A stretch of 64,000 bases of DNA. It comes from Candidatus Saccharimonadota bacterium. GTDB lineage: Bacteria > Patescibacteriota > Saccharimonadia > CAILAD01 > BJGX01. The notes under the pieces are model-generated. The model was not told the origin of the DNA, made no database searches, and worked only from the letters and a program-made list of their open reading frames with translations. Each line of letters starts with the position of its first letter. Position 1 is the stretch's first letter. Shown piece by piece: positions 1-10,288 of the stretch. The position numbers and the translations under genes are program-made. The stretch is from contig JACPPH010000008.1 in NCBI GenBank assembly GCA_016191105.1, forward strand, positions 66,667 to 130,666, given 5' to 3'.

Positions 1-2
1 TT

Positions 3-536
3 TACCCGAGAGTATTAGGCAGTTCGATAAATACATCTTTTGGTTCCAGAACACAGGAATTAATTACCAGACTATTCTCTGACACTTTTGGCTCAACTAC
101 ACCAGGCATTGATATTGAGTTTATAGATAAAATTGATAAAAGAAAGAAATACTGTCAGGTTAAAGCCGGCCCAAATGTTATAAATCACGATGATGTAACT
201 ACAATTAAAGAACACTTTCAGGCACTTACTAATCTAGCCCGGACAAATCATTTATCAATACAGCATAACGACCTTTATGTATGTTTATTATATGGCGAAG
301 AAGCAGAAAAAAGCCAGTTCTTTAGGAAGCTAGAAAAAGACTATACGGTAGTTATGGGGAAAGATTTTTGGCATCGATTTACTGGAGATGAAGACTTTTA
401 CGCAGACTTGATAAAAGCATTTGGTGAAGTGGCAAACGAAATTGATATGAAAGAACTAGTTGATAATGTTGTTAATGATTTAGCAAAAGACATTCAATCA
501 AAATATTCAGATATGTTCGGAAGAAGTTCGCAGTAA
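3..536 (+). CDS. Type II restriction endonuclease, PD-(D/E)xK family (5' end outside the window)
   Basis: The frame is open from nt 3: YPRVLGSSINTSFG...GIDIEFIDKIDKRKKYCQVKAGPNVINHDD (D...QxK nuclease motif). It lies directly upstream of a C5 MTase. The ORF track shows only the last 60 aa. Confidence 0.75.
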   Translation, partial: YPRVLGSSINTSFGSRTQELITRLFSDTFGSTTPGIDIEFIDKIDKRKKYCQVKAGPNVINHDDVTTIKEHFQALTNLARTNHLSIQHNDLYVCLLYGEEAEKSQFFRKLEKDYTVVMGKDFWHRFTGDEDFYADLIKAFGEVANEIDMKELVDNVVNDLAKDIQSKYSDMFGRSSQ

Positions 537-539
537 CCC

Positions 540-568
540 TTGCATAATGTTTGTACTCTCAGTAATAT
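540..568 (+). promoter_or_regulatory. Sigma70-type promoter for the MTase
   Basis: TTGCAT (540-545), 17-bp spacer, TAATAT (563-568); ATG at 576 lies 7 nt downstream. Confidence 0.5.
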
Positions 569-575
569 GGAGAGT

Positions 576-1775
576 ATGAGTGCCTTGCTTACAATTTCAG
601 ACGCAGCAATTAAAGTTGGGGTTTCAACTGATACTATCCGACGCTGGGAAAAGAAGGGTTTAATCAAGTCACAACGCTCTGAAAGCAACTATCGTCTTTT
701 TGAACTACCAGAGATACAAAATCTGTACAAGAAAATATCTGGTGACCATTCTATTAATCTATATAAGATACTACGCTCTAGTAAGAGAACGAATTACACA
801 GTTATAGACTTATTTTCTGGTGCTGGCGGCACTGCACTGGGCTTAGATAACGCCGGCTTAAATCATATTCTACTAAATGAGTTTGATAAAAGCGCAGCCG
901 AAACTCTAACTACCAATCGTAAGGATTGGGATATTATCTGTGATGATATAAAGAACATAAACTTTCATAAATACAAGGGAAGCGCAGATATTGTAGAGGG
1001 CGGGTTTCCTTGCCAAGCCTTCAGCTATGCTGGTAGAAAGATGGGCTTTGAAGATGCTCGAGGTACCCTGTTCTACGAATTTGCTAGAGTTGTAAAGGAA
1101 GTTCAGCCTAAGATCGCTATCGGTGAGAATGTTAAGGGCTTACTACGTCATAACAACGGAGAAACGCTTAAGGCAATGCTAGAAGTTTTATCAGAGATAG
1201 GTTATAGAGCTGAGTACAAAGTATTACGCTCCCAGTACCTGGATGTGCCACAAAAGCGAGAAAGACTAGTGATAATAGCTGTACGGGATGATTTAGACCT
1301 ACCTATTATTTACCCAGAAGAGAAAAACTATACAATTTCTATTCATGAAGCAATTGGTGATAAGCCTGAAGCACCAGGACAAAGCTATGCTCAAAGAAAG
1401 AAAGAAATAATGAAACTAGTTCCTGAAGGTGGTTATTGGCGTGATTTACCGGATGATGTTCAGATTGAATATATGAAGGCAAGCTATGGGCAAACGGGCG
1501 GGAAGACAGGAATGGCACGACGACTTTCTTGGCACGAACCCAGCTTAACCTTAACCTGTACTCCTGCTCAAAAGCAAACGGAAAGATGCCATCCGGAGGA
1601 AACAAGACCTTTAAATGTAAGAGAATATGCCAGAATACAGACCTTCCCAGATAGCTGGAAGTTTTCGGGTTCAGTTTCTGCTCAATACAAGCAAATTGGA
1701 AATGCGGTGCCAGTAAACCTTGGTTATCATATTGGTACATCTGTTATTAATATTCTAAATGGCAATGCTAATTAG
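576..1775 (+). CDS. DNA (cytosine-5) methyltransferase with N-terminal MerR-type HTH
   Basis: Motifs DLFSGAGG, GGFPCQAFS, ENVKGL, PQKRER, RIQTFP, QIGNAVP. The N-terminus LTISDAAIKVGVSTDTIRRWEKKGLI is a MerR HTH. Start chosen at ATG 576 (567 possible). Confidence 0.95.
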   Translation: MSALLTISDAAIKVGVSTDTIRRWEKKGLIKSQRSESNYRLFELPEIQNLYKKISGDHSINLYKILRSSKRTNYTVIDLFSGAGGTALGLDNAGLNHILLNEFDKSAAETLTTNRKDWDIICDDIKNINFHKYKGSADIVEGGFPCQAFSYAGRKMGFEDARGTLFYEFARVVKEVQPKIAIGENVKGLLRHNNGETLKAMLEVLSEIGYRAEYKVLRSQYLDVPQKRERLVIIAVRDDLDLPIIYPEEKNYTISIHEAIGDKPEAPGQSYAQRKKEIMKLVPEGGYWRDLPDDVQIEYMKASYGQTGGKTGMARRLSWHEPSLTLTCTPAQKQTERCHPEETRPLNVREYARIQTFPDSWKFSGSVSAQYKQIGNAVPVNLGYHIGTSVINILNGNAN

Positions 1776-1807
1776 GGTGATTAGAATATGGAAGACTTTG
1801 GCAAACA

Positions 1808-2218
1808 ATGGAAATGTTGCGTAGTTGGAACGGAGAATCAAATGATTTAATTCTTGGAATACTTACTCAGTTTGGACTTAGAGTTAAAAACATTAATCTT
1901 ACAAAGTATGAATCACTAAGCCCAGATTGTTTTATTTGGTATTTTACAGTCGGAGATGGTAGACTGGCCTATTGCCTATATGTAGAGGATTTTATTGATT
2001 CTCTTGATCATGTAAAAAAGCAAATAAATCGCTACCGTCCTGAGTGGGAAGGAGATAGCACTTATTTACTGCAAAAAGTACTCAAGCCTCAGGAATGGAA
2101 TAAGGCTAGCCCAGTCGTCGCGGCCACTTGCTATCAGAAACCAAAGAATAGCCATGAAATGATGAAATATGCAGCTACATCGGCATTTGATTTTGTTTTT
2201 TTAGCAAAAAGCCAATAA
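1808..2218 (+). CDS. Hypothetical protein
   Basis: 136-aa ORF filling the gap between the MTase and dapF; no recognised motif. Confidence 0.6.
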   Translation: MEMLRSWNGESNDLILGILTQFGLRVKNINLTKYESLSPDCFIWYFTVGDGRLAYCLYVEDFIDSLDHVKKQINRYRPEWEGDSTYLLQKVLKPQEWNKASPVVAATCYQKPKNSHEMMKYAATSAFDFVFLAKSQ

Positions 2219-2279
2219 AGTTTTAACTTTCGATTACATATGAATTATCCAAGGGTCTTTTTTGATATAATCTGATGAC

Positions 2280-3047
2280 ATGAAAAAGTTTACAAAAATG
2301 CAAGGTCTTGGAAATGACTTTATTGTCTTCAAGGGCCCTATAAAACTTAATGGCCAAGTGATTAAGAAGCTTTGTGATAGAAAGGATGGTATTGGGGCAG
2401 ACGGCGTGATAGAGGTGCTTCCTATAAAAGATAATCAGGTCGGCATGAATTACTGGAATGCGGATGGTTCTCTTGCCGAAAGATGTGGTAACGGTTTAAG
2501 GTGTACGGCTAGATTTGCTGTTGATAATAAGTTAGTAAACTCTGGCACATTTACTATTCAGTCGGGCAAAGAAAGTCTAAAAGTAAACTGGGATGGCACT
2601 AACCCAAACCGGGTTGAGGTACAAGTGGGTATCGCAGAGCTAGCCGACAAGCCATTAGAGCTTTTTGGTACTAAGTTCTACATTGCAAATATTGGCAACC
2701 CACATGCTATTACATTTGTTGAAAATATAGAAACTGCTCCAGTAAAGAGTTTGGGGTCAAAAGTTGAAACAGACAATCATTTCTCAAGTAGGACAAATGT
2801 CGATTTTGTACAGGTAATAACACCAAGCAAACTTCGTGTGCGTGTTTGGGAACGAGGTGATGGCGAAACATTAGCTTGCGGTACAGGGATGGCAGTATGC
2901 TCTATTGCAGCAGTAAGGTTAAAGGGTGCTAAATTCCCTATCAACGTTGAAGTAAAGGGCGGAACAGCAAAAGTGTGGCAGGACGACGAGGGTTATCTTC
3001 GAATGACAGGACCAGCACAAATAGTATCTACAGATGAAACTGAATAA
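2280..3047 (+). CDS. dapF: Diaminopimelate epimerase
   Basis: KMQGLGNDF, NADGSLAERCGNG, GNPH, VWERGDGETLACGTG (both catalytic Cys present). Confidence 0.95.
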   Translation: MKKFTKMQGLGNDFIVFKGPIKLNGQVIKKLCDRKDGIGADGVIEVLPIKDNQVGMNYWNADGSLAERCGNGLRCTARFAVDNKLVNSGTFTIQSGKESLKVNWDGTNPNRVEVQVGIAELADKPLELFGTKFYIANIGNPHAITFVENIETAPVKSLGSKVETDNHFSSRTNVDFVQVITPSKLRVRVWERGDGETLACGTGMAVCSIAAVRLKGAKFPINVEVKGGTAKVWQDDEGYLRMTGPAQIVSTDETE

Positions 3048-3084
3048 ACTAAACTAGTTCTAACTTCCTCCACCATCCGGAGCC

Positions 3085-3121
3085 ATGAAAAGCCCCGAGC
3101 ATGTCTTGGGCTTTTTTCATG
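3085..3121. terminator. Hairpin between convergent genes, probable terminator
   Basis: catgaaaagccc...gggcttttttcatg, with A and T tracts on the flanks. Confidence 0.55.
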
Positions 3122-3147
3122 ATGTAGCGAAGTTTGGTGTGCAAGGA

Positions 3148-3471
3148 TTATCCTTGTAGATAGTTAGTTTTAGATCGTTTATTGAGTATACCCTGCACCG
3201 ATTTGCTTACTGGCTTATCGGAGCGGTGAATACAGCCAATCCAGCAGCACGGCCGGCGCTTGCCTTGCAAAAGCTCCTCAACCACACGCCTCACGTGTTC
3301 ATCTCTAGTTTTTTGTTGCTTAACACTAATTGCCCAACAAATCCACTCATTGCGTGCCAGCGGGGTAAGGCCTTGCCACTTTGCAAGTGCGCTTGGGTTA
3401 GCAGTAAGAGCCTTTTTTAGGTCGGGCACCATTTTATGCACGGTGCCGCCAGATATCTCTTGTTTTGTCAT
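3148..3471 (-). CDS. YdeI/OmpD-associated family protein
   Basis: VPDLKKAL...WQGLTPLARNEWICW...KQQKTR...GKRRPCCWIGCIHR. Confidence 0.75.
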   Translation of the reverse strand: MTKQEISGGTVHKMVPDLKKALTANPSALAKWQGLTPLARNEWICWAISVKQQKTRDEHVRRVVEELLQGKRRPCCWIGCIHRSDKPVSKSVQGILNKRSKTNYLQG

Positions 3472-3538
3472 AGGCTTATCTTACCCCAGCCAATACATTT
3501 CTATCAAGAAATCTTGCCATAAGGTGTATAATAAGCCC

Positions 3539-3745
3539 ATGCAAAAAATAGCTACACGAGTATTTGTAGGTGCCTCAATATTGTTTGGTGTTTTTGGAGT
3601 TCTGTTTGTTATTACTGCGCCAGGTCGCGGGGGAGACAACTCAAGCCTAAACACAACCCTAATGAAACTCCTGTTTGCGACAGGCTTTGTGGTTCTGTCA
3701 TCATTTGCGTTGAGCGTGGCCGGCAAATACCTAAACAGCAAGTAA
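3539..3745 (+). CDS. Small two-TM membrane protein
   Basis: MQKIATRVFVGASILFG...; TATAAT lies 6 nt before ATG 3539. The longer ORF call overlaps the opposite-strand gene. Confidence 0.7.
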   Translation: MQKIATRVFVGASILFGVFGVLFVITAPGRGGDNSSLNTTLMKLLFATGFVVLSSFALSVAGKYLNSK

Positions 3746-3924
3746 CATTAAGCTTTTTGCTGTAAGGCCTGTTAAGCAAATCGACGGCTACTGGGTCGAA
3801 TTAGCAGCCGACAAAAAGTTGTCCTAAAGCGTGTTGTAGAACTTAGAAAAGTGGCTACCAGTAAATAATAACTACTTTTTTTGCAAATCACAGATTTATA
3901 AAAAGCCCTTAGCAACTTCGTAAG

Positions 3925-4080
3925 CTAGTACTTATAACCGTTTGCAAAGAACAGAAAGTAGACAACGGCATATACAACTCCACCAATAATTAAATACAGT
4001 AGAATCCACTGCCAGAGCGGCCGCTTTCCATAATAACTTTTGCTGGGTTTTTTGTTTGGTTGTTTTGCGGGGGTCGCCAT
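3925..4080 (-). CDS. Small single-TM protein
   Basis: MATPAKQ...YGKRPLWQWILLYLIIGGVVYAVVYFLFF; GGAG upstream. Confidence 0.65.
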   Translation of the reverse strand: MATPAKQPNKKPSKSYYGKRPLWQWILLYLIIGGVVYAVVYFLFFANGYKY

Positions 4081-4186
4081 AGAAGTTCTCCTTATGTTAT
4101 CACTATAGCACCAAAAGTATTTTATGTGACTATGTTCACGAGCCATGGGTATGTTTGTTTTGTTATACTAAGCTTAATAAACAAGG

Positions 4187-4687
4187 ATGTTGTCCATGAC
4201 AAAAATTACTCCGTTTTTATGGTTTAACAATAATGCCGAAGAGGCAATAAAGTTTTACGCTTCTGTATTTAAGAATTCAAAAATTGTTAGTATTGATCGC
4301 TATCCAAATGAAGAGGACCTAGAAGGACCCATGAAAGGCTTTGGCGGCAAAGTACTCAATGGCGAGTTCGAGCTGGACGGCCAAAAGTTTATGGCTATAG
4401 ATGGTGGTCCGGTTTGGGAATTTTCGGGTGCTACATCGTTTGTTGTAAACTGCAAGGATCAACAGGAGGTTGATTATTATTGGGGCAAACTCTCGGCAGT
4501 ACCAGAGGCCGAGCGGTGCGGTTGGTGCAAAGACAAGTTTGGTGTAACCTGGCAAATAATACCTAAGCAACTCGGCGAGCTTATGAGTGACTCAGATTCC
4601 GAAAAAGTTAAACGTGTAACCCGTGCCATGCTGCAAATGAAAAAGATTGTCGTGGCCGATCTAGAAAGCGCCTACAAGGAAAAGTAG
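4187..4687 (+). CDS. VOC/PhnB-family protein
   Basis: KITPFLWF, SFVVNCKDQQEVDYYW, CGWCKDKFGVTWQI, AMLQMKKI. Confidence 0.9.
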   Translation: MLSMTKITPFLWFNNNAEEAIKFYASVFKNSKIVSIDRYPNEEDLEGPMKGFGGKVLNGEFELDGQKFMAIDGGPVWEFSGATSFVVNCKDQQEVDYYWGKLSAVPEAERCGWCKDKFGVTWQIIPKQLGELMSDSDSEKVKRVTRAMLQMKKIVVADLESAYKEK

Positions 4688-6325
4688 TTACTTCTTGGGG
4701 GTAGGGCCAAAAAACTCCATGCCCTTGCTCTTAGCTAAGGTTGCTTTGAGCTGTTTTTGATGTGTAAGCATGTAAGCTAAGCTAACTAGGCGTCGACTCA
4801 GTGACGCACCGTTATTTTTGATAGCGGCCATTAGTTTGGCATCATTTCCGAAACCCATAATATGAAAAACAGTCGGCCAAGGGTCGGCGTATTGAACCGA
4901 TTCGGCAAAGCCACGACCAATATCTTTGCCTTCGGGGCTTTTTACATAGACGGCCCCTTCGTTGTATTGGGAGCCGTTGGCAAAAAAGTTAGTTTGGCTA
5001 GACGGCACGATTTGCTCCAAGTGGAACTCGCGAATATCCTTGGGCATGGTTTCGTTAAAAGAAAAGTGCCAACTATTGGGGTGCCAGGTGTGGGTAACTG
5101 GGTAAATTTGAGGGTTAGGTGATCCCTCGCTCCTTATCCACCTATCTACTACCAGCGTTCCCCAGGTATTGTAGAGCTTTTTGTGTTCGTCCATGTATTT
5201 GCCGCCAACCTCGACGGTCATTTTGCCCGGTGGCACAGCGCCGGTTTGAAAATAAAAAGGCATGTATTTTTTGCCGTGCGAGGCAAACATAGTGATTTGA
5301 CGATTGCCCTCGAATTGAGCCATAAACCAATCCCAGCCAGCTGGTGCTGGTTTGTTAATATTGCTAGCTGCTCGCAATACGGGCGAGGTTGAGTTGCCGC
5401 CCAAGAAACCCCACTGATGATCGAACCAAAAGCTGCCATTTTTGAGCTTTATAGTTTTACCACCGTAATTTATGGTGCTGCCAGATTTGAGAACGATATT
5501 AGGGATAGAGTAATACAGCGTTCCCATGCCAGCTATACTGGGCATTGCACCATTATCACCTTGCAGTAGATACTCTTTACCGCTCGTAAAAGTTAGATCG
5601 GCCGCAAGTGGGAAAGGTTCGCTTTTACCACGGTCGATGCCGCGAGCTGTAACATTAAGCGGCCAAAAACTGCTCTTATGCTCGGCTGAAATTTTATTCT
5701 TGCCGAAAGTATAGGTGAATGGCTCTGGCTTAAAGCTAATTAATCCAGTAGTGCCAGCCACCACTACTGGATCGGCCTGATGATGTCTCTCGCCAGCTCT
5801 GCTTATGCCAAGTTGGAGTTCAACTATTTGGTTTTCAATATCGGTCAAGCCATGTTTTTTAGCTAGCTCTGGTGGCAGCATGGCAACCCTAAAGAACATA
5901 ATTTCTATACCATATTCTTGGCCGTCTTCATCCCAGGCGCTACCAACAAAGAAGTGCCAACCAACTTGGCTGCGTAGTTTGGGCTCGTGGTCGCGCGGAA
6001 ACTTTAAGTCGGCAGTCTCTGGAATTTGGTCGTAGCCCTGAACGGCATTATTGCCCAAAAGTTTTTGGCAGGCCGCGTAGGCCTGTTGAGTATTTAAGTC
6101 TTTAATAGTTTCTTTTAGTAATGAATATCTTTTGTGGTAGCTGGGGTTAAAGCTTTGTGGGTGACGGTCGAGCCAGTCTAAGTAATCACGAACCCGCTCG
6201 CCGATCGCATGGTTTGAATTCTTATTACTGTTGCAAGCTTCTGCAGTATCGTCTGACAGTTTACTTTCATCATAGCTTTCTAGCCACAAGGCATCGGCAA
6301 TATTCTTCTGAGTGTTATTATCCAT
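4688..6325 (-). CDS. Lipocalin-like / AttH-CrtC-family protein
   Basis: LKFPRDHEP...GWHFF, YYSIP, WFDHQWG, GWDWF, YNEGA...GRGFAE. Start at MDNNTQ, with a -10 TACAAT 7 nt upstream. Confidence 0.75.
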   Translation of the reverse strand: MDNNTQKNIADALWLESYDESKLSDDTAEACNSNKNSNHAIGERVRDYLDWLDRHPQSFNPSYHKRYSLLKETIKDLNTQQAYAACQKLLGNNAVQGYDQIPETADLKFPRDHEPKLRSQVGWHFFVGSAWDEDGQEYGIEIMFFRVAMLPPELAKKHGLTDIENQIVELQLGISRAGERHHQADPVVVAGTTGLISFKPEPFTYTFGKNKISAEHKSSFWPLNVTARGIDRGKSEPFPLAADLTFTSGKEYLLQGDNGAMPSIAGMGTLYYSIPNIVLKSGSTINYGGKTIKLKNGSFWFDHQWGFLGGNSTSPVLRAASNINKPAPAGWDWFMAQFEGNRQITMFASHGKKYMPFYFQTGAVPPGKMTVEVGGKYMDEHKKLYNTWGTLVVDRWIRSEGSPNPQIYPVTHTWHPNSWHFSFNETMPKDIREFHLEQIVPSSQTNFFANGSQYNEGAVYVKSPEGKDIGRGFAESVQYADPWPTVFHIMGFGNDAKLMAAIKNNGASLSRRLVSLAYMLTHQKQLKATLAKSKGMEFFGPTPKK

Positions 6326-6362
6326 AACCAGTATTGTAGCTTGTAAATCTTTACCTTGTCTA

Positions 6363-7649
6363 TTAAATCGGACTTGTGGTAAATAATTTCCACCTTGTAG
6401 ACACAGCCTTACAAATTCCAAATCCCACCAAAGAGCTTAAGGCTGCAAATAAATATAGATTGGGTGGGAACAAGAATATCATTATTAGGATTGTCACAAA
6501 AGGCCGACGTAGGAGTACCGCCAAGGCTGCACTCATGCCGGAGCTAACACCAACCATAGGGGTAACCGATCTAAAGACATGGCTGGTGGCCAGCCCGATA
6601 GCGGCACCAATAAACATAACCGGGAAAAACTTACCACCCTTCCAGCCCGCAGCCAACAAAAGTGTAGCCGCCAAGATCTTGCCAAACGAAAGTAGTGCCA
6701 GGCTAACGCCGGTGTAGCTTGAGTTGTTGCTCAATATATCTTGAATTCCTTCGTGACCAGAGAATAGAATTAATGAAGACCCAAGGGCCAGTATGCCCAA
6801 ACCTAAGCCACCAGCCATAGCCAGCACAATCTGGTGTTTCTCAAAAGGCCTTAGGATTTTACCAAGGGCTTTCTCAAGACCAATAAAAGCCAGCCCAAAT
6901 ATAGCTGCAGCGATGGCTGGCAAAGCAAAATACACTAGATCGTACATCTGAAATTTATAGGCCAAAAAGTTGTAGCTAAAGTAGCCGCCACTGCTGAAAT
7001 TACGATATAACCACCAACCGGCCAGGCCGGCCAATATACCCGGCAAGGTGATCCAAATAAAGTGTCGCTTGCGATCACTAAACTCCTCGCTATACGACAG
7101 TGCAGCCACGCCGGGCGGCGAACCAAACAGTGCACCGAGCGCGCTTGTTGATCCCATGTAGGCTAGAGCTCTCGCATTTAAAGCGGTGAGTTTTATTTTT
7201 TGGCTAATCCAGCTACTAATGCCACCCACAACCGTAACCAATGCCGCCTCTGGCCCCAAACTAGCACCAAAACCCAATGAGGCAAAACTGGCTAACACAG
7301 ATTGTGGCAGGTGCTTGTAGTCGAACTTGCCATCGGTCTTGAAAGCCGTGAAAGATTCTTCCATCGACCTAGGCCAATTGCCAAAGTACTTATCACAAAG
7401 GCCAACAAATACTCCACCGGTAACGCAAACAACAATCGTGTATAGGCCAATGTTTGATACACGTAGCTGTGCTGGCAGTGTTTGCCACAGTAGCTGTTCA
7501 AAGCTTCTGAGTAAGAATATAAATACAAGCGTAACAAGTCCGCCACCCAAACCCAGGAGTATTGCCAAGCACAGTACTAGAAAAAATCGCCGTCCAGCAA
7601 TAAACCGCTTTAAATTTTCAAGATTGGCTTGTCCTGCGCTACCGTTCAT
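6363..7649 (-). CDS. ClC-family chloride channel/transporter (YfeO-like)
   Basis: GASLGPEA, GWKGGKFFP, ILFSGH; multiple TM helices. Confidence 0.85.
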   Translation of the reverse strand: MNGSAGQANLENLKRFIAGRRFFLVLCLAILLGLGGGLVTLVFIFLLRSFEQLLWQTLPAQLRVSNIGLYTIVVCVTGGVFVGLCDKYFGNWPRSMEESFTAFKTDGKFDYKHLPQSVLASFASLGFGASLGPEAALVTVVGGISSWISQKIKLTALNARALAYMGSTSALGALFGSPPGVAALSYSEEFSDRKRHFIWITLPGILAGLAGWWLYRNFSSGGYFSYNFLAYKFQMYDLVYFALPAIAAAIFGLAFIGLEKALGKILRPFEKHQIVLAMAGGLGLGILALGSSLILFSGHEGIQDILSNNSSYTGVSLALLSFGKILAATLLLAAGWKGGKFFPVMFIGAAIGLATSHVFRSVTPMVGVSSGMSAALAVLLRRPFVTILIMIFLFPPNLYLFAALSSLVGFGICKAVSTRWKLFTTSPI

Positions 7650-7710
7650 ATATACATAATACTTCCATGATAGAATATAAACAAAGCAATTATTTTAATC
7701 TACAAAAATC

Positions 7711-8598
7711 ATGAATGTAATCGAGACTAGTAAGCTTACTAAATATTACGGCAAGGATAGGGGTATTATTGATTTGGATTTGCAGGTTCAAGAGGGCGAG
7801 ATCTTTGGCTTTATTGGCCCCAACGGTGCTGGCAAGTCCACTACCATTCGCACACTACTTTCGATAATTCATCCGACATCTGGGTCAGCTACTATTTTTG
7901 GTGAAGATGTTACCAAGTATGGCCCAGACATACGGCAGGAGGTGGGCTATCTGCCATCGGAAGTCTTTTACTACGATAGTATGAAGGCCATAGACCTATT
8001 GCGCTATTCAGCTAGCTTTTATGATCGACCCAAAGCCCAAACCGATGCCCGGATCAAAAAACTAGCCGAGATTTTAAATCTTGATCTCAATAAAAAGATC
8101 GAGGACCTATCGTTTGGTAACAAAAAGAAGGTTGGAATTATCCAAGGGCTTTTACATGAACCAAGATTGATAATTCTAGACGAGCCTACCAGCGGCCTAG
8201 ATCCACTGATTCAGCAGAAGTTTTTTAATCTTGTAAAAGAAGAGAACCAAAGAGGTGCGAGCGTTTTATTCTCCTCTCATATATTGGGCGAAGTCCAAAG
8301 ACTCTGTAGCCGGGTTGGCATTATTAAGGAAGGCAAACTTATAAAAGTCGAAAAGTTATCGGATCTTCAAAAGAACAGTACCAAACGCTTCAGACTGTCA
8401 GCACGCGATCAGTTAGACAAACAGCTGTTTTCTGCTATTAAGGGGGTGAGCGAGGTAACCCAAGCCGACAAGGAACTCAACTTTTTATATCGCGGTAATC
8501 TTCAAGATGTTACCAAGGTAATTGCAAAACTCGACCTAACCAATCTCGAAGTAAGCGAGCCCGATCTAGAAGAAATATTTTTACATTACTATAAGTAA
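7711..8598 (+). CDS. ABC transporter ATP-binding subunit
   Basis: GPNGAGKST, LSFGNKKK, ILDEPT, SSH. Confidence 0.95.
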   Translation: MNVIETSKLTKYYGKDRGIIDLDLQVQEGEIFGFIGPNGAGKSTTIRTLLSIIHPTSGSATIFGEDVTKYGPDIRQEVGYLPSEVFYYDSMKAIDLLRYSASFYDRPKAQTDARIKKLAEILNLDLNKKIEDLSFGNKKKVGIIQGLLHEPRLIILDEPTSGLDPLIQQKFFNLVKEENQRGASVLFSSHILGEVQRLCSRVGIIKEGKLIKVEKLSDLQKNSTKRFRLSARDQLDKQLFSAIKGVSEVTQADKELNFLYRGNLQDVTKVIAKLDLTNLEVSEPDLEEIFLHYYK

Positions 8599-8609
8599 GT
8601 GAATGAGCT

Positions 8610-9404
8610 GTGAATGTATTTTGGCAAGAGCTAAAGTTTTACCGCCGATCGGTTGCAATTTGGATTGTAGCGTTGGGTTCAGTGGCGACGCTTTTTATGT
8701 CCGAGTATGGGCCGGTCTCTGCGCAGGTAGATAGTTTTAGGCAGATTGTGTCGCATTATCCAAAAGCTTTATTGGCCGCTATTAACTTCCGGTTTGAGAT
8801 TTTTTACTCAATTTACGGTTTTTTTGGCTACATATTAACTTTTATTTGGCTAGCGGGCTCTATTCAGGCCATGAACCTAGGCGTTTCAATCGTGTCAAAA
8901 GAGGTCACCGCAAAGACTGCCGACTTCTTGCTTTCCAAGCCAACAAGTCGGGCTCATTTGCTAAGCGAAAAGTTTGCAGCCGCCTTTTGTCTTATAGTTA
9001 TTACAAATGTCTTTTTTACGGCAACTAGCTTGATTGCCGCAAAGCTTTTATCGTCAACCGGGTTTAGTATTAAGCTTTTTATTCTGCTAGCAATGAGTTT
9101 GTTTTTTATTCAGCTGTTTTTTCTGGTTCTAGGGTTCTTGTTTGGAGCTGTTTTGCCAAAAGTTAAGAGCGTGATAGCGGTGAGCTTACCAACCGTATTT
9201 GTATTCTTTGTGATTTCGTCGTTTGGTGGCTTTTTGGACAAACCCCAGTTGTATTACCTAACCCCATTTAAGTATTTTGACCCAGTGTATATATTTCAGC
9301 ATGGCAACTATGAATACAAATATCTATTGTGGCTAGCGGTTTTTGTGGCTGTATGGTTAATTATTAGCTACACTATTTTTACCAAAAAGGATATAAAACA
9401 GTGA
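8610..9404 (+). CDS. ABC-2 permease
   Basis: Six TM helices; SKEVTAKTADFLLSKP; LTPFKYF. Confidence 0.9.
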   Translation: MNVFWQELKFYRRSVAIWIVALGSVATLFMSEYGPVSAQVDSFRQIVSHYPKALLAAINFRFEIFYSIYGFFGYILTFIWLAGSIQAMNLGVSIVSKEVTAKTADFLLSKPTSRAHLLSEKFAAAFCLIVITNVFFTATSLIAAKLLSSTGFSIKLFILLAMSLFFIQLFFLVLGFLFGAVLPKVKSVIAVSLPTVFVFFVISSFGGFLDKPQLYYLTPFKYFDPVYIFQHGNYEYKYLLWLAVFVAVWLIISYTIFTKKDIKQ

Positions 9405-10207
9405 ACATATTCTGGCGGGAGATGAAGTCAAACTACAAAGCCTTGTTGGGCTGGATAGTTGGTATATTGTTTCTGCAGGTTTCCGGCTACTCTAAATTCG
9501 AGGGCTTCAAATCGGCCGAAGGCACAAGTTCGCTCAACAGTGTTACCAACTCTTTCCCGAGAGCATTGCAGGTGCTATTTGGCATGAACGATCTAAACAT
9601 TGGCACACTTATTGGCTACTTTGGCATTCTGTATTTATACTTCGCCCTGATAGGTGCGATATATTCTGGCTTGCTTGGTGCTGGCATAGTGTCAAAAGAG
9701 GAAAGAGACAAAACCTCGGAGTTTCTGTATACACGCCCGATCACGCGCTATAGGGCATTGTCGGCCAAGATTGTGGCCGGGCTGTGTAATGTTTTGATAA
9801 TTTTCTTGGTAATTGCTGTATCTTCGGTTGTGGCTGTGGGCATGACCAATGGCGGCAATTATAACCTGACCAGTCAGATTATGAATCTTATGTGGGGCAT
9901 TTTACTCATACAAATACTGTTTTTTTCGCTGGGCATTTTCTTTGCTGGAATATGCAAAAAGCCCAAACTACCAACTGTATTGGTTACGATTGCAATAGTT
10001 GCTTCATATTTATTTTCTATAGTTGCCGATCTAGCCCGCGACTTTAGTTGGCTTAGGTACTTAACACCGCTGCAGTGGTTTTCGGCTCAAAAGATTATTA
10101 ATACTGGTTGGGTCGGCTTTACCTACATTATGGTTTCTGTATTTATTTCAGTTGTGCTGATTGGATTGGGTTATATTTTTTACAGTCGACGAGATTTAGC
10201 CACATAG
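9401..10207 (+). CDS. ABC-2 permease (paralogue)
   Basis: SKEERDKTSEFLYTRP; 4-nt GTGA overlap with the previous gene. Confidence 0.9.
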   Translation: MNIFWREMKSNYKALLGWIVGILFLQVSGYSKFEGFKSAEGTSSLNSVTNSFPRALQVLFGMNDLNIGTLIGYFGILYLYFALIGAIYSGLLGAGIVSKEERDKTSEFLYTRPITRYRALSAKIVAGLCNVLIIFLVIAVSSVVAVGMTNGGNYNLTSQIMNLMWGILLIQILFFSLGIFFAGICKKPKLPTVLVTIAIVASYLFSIVADLARDFSWLRYLTPLQWFSAQKIINTGWVGFTYIMVSVFISVVLIGLGYIFYSRRDLAT

Positions 10208-10288
10208 TAATTGCTTTGGTAGATCTAGGTTGCTTTTATAAAGCTTATGCTTCCAATTGTTTGAACTAGATAATACAATGCAAGTAAT

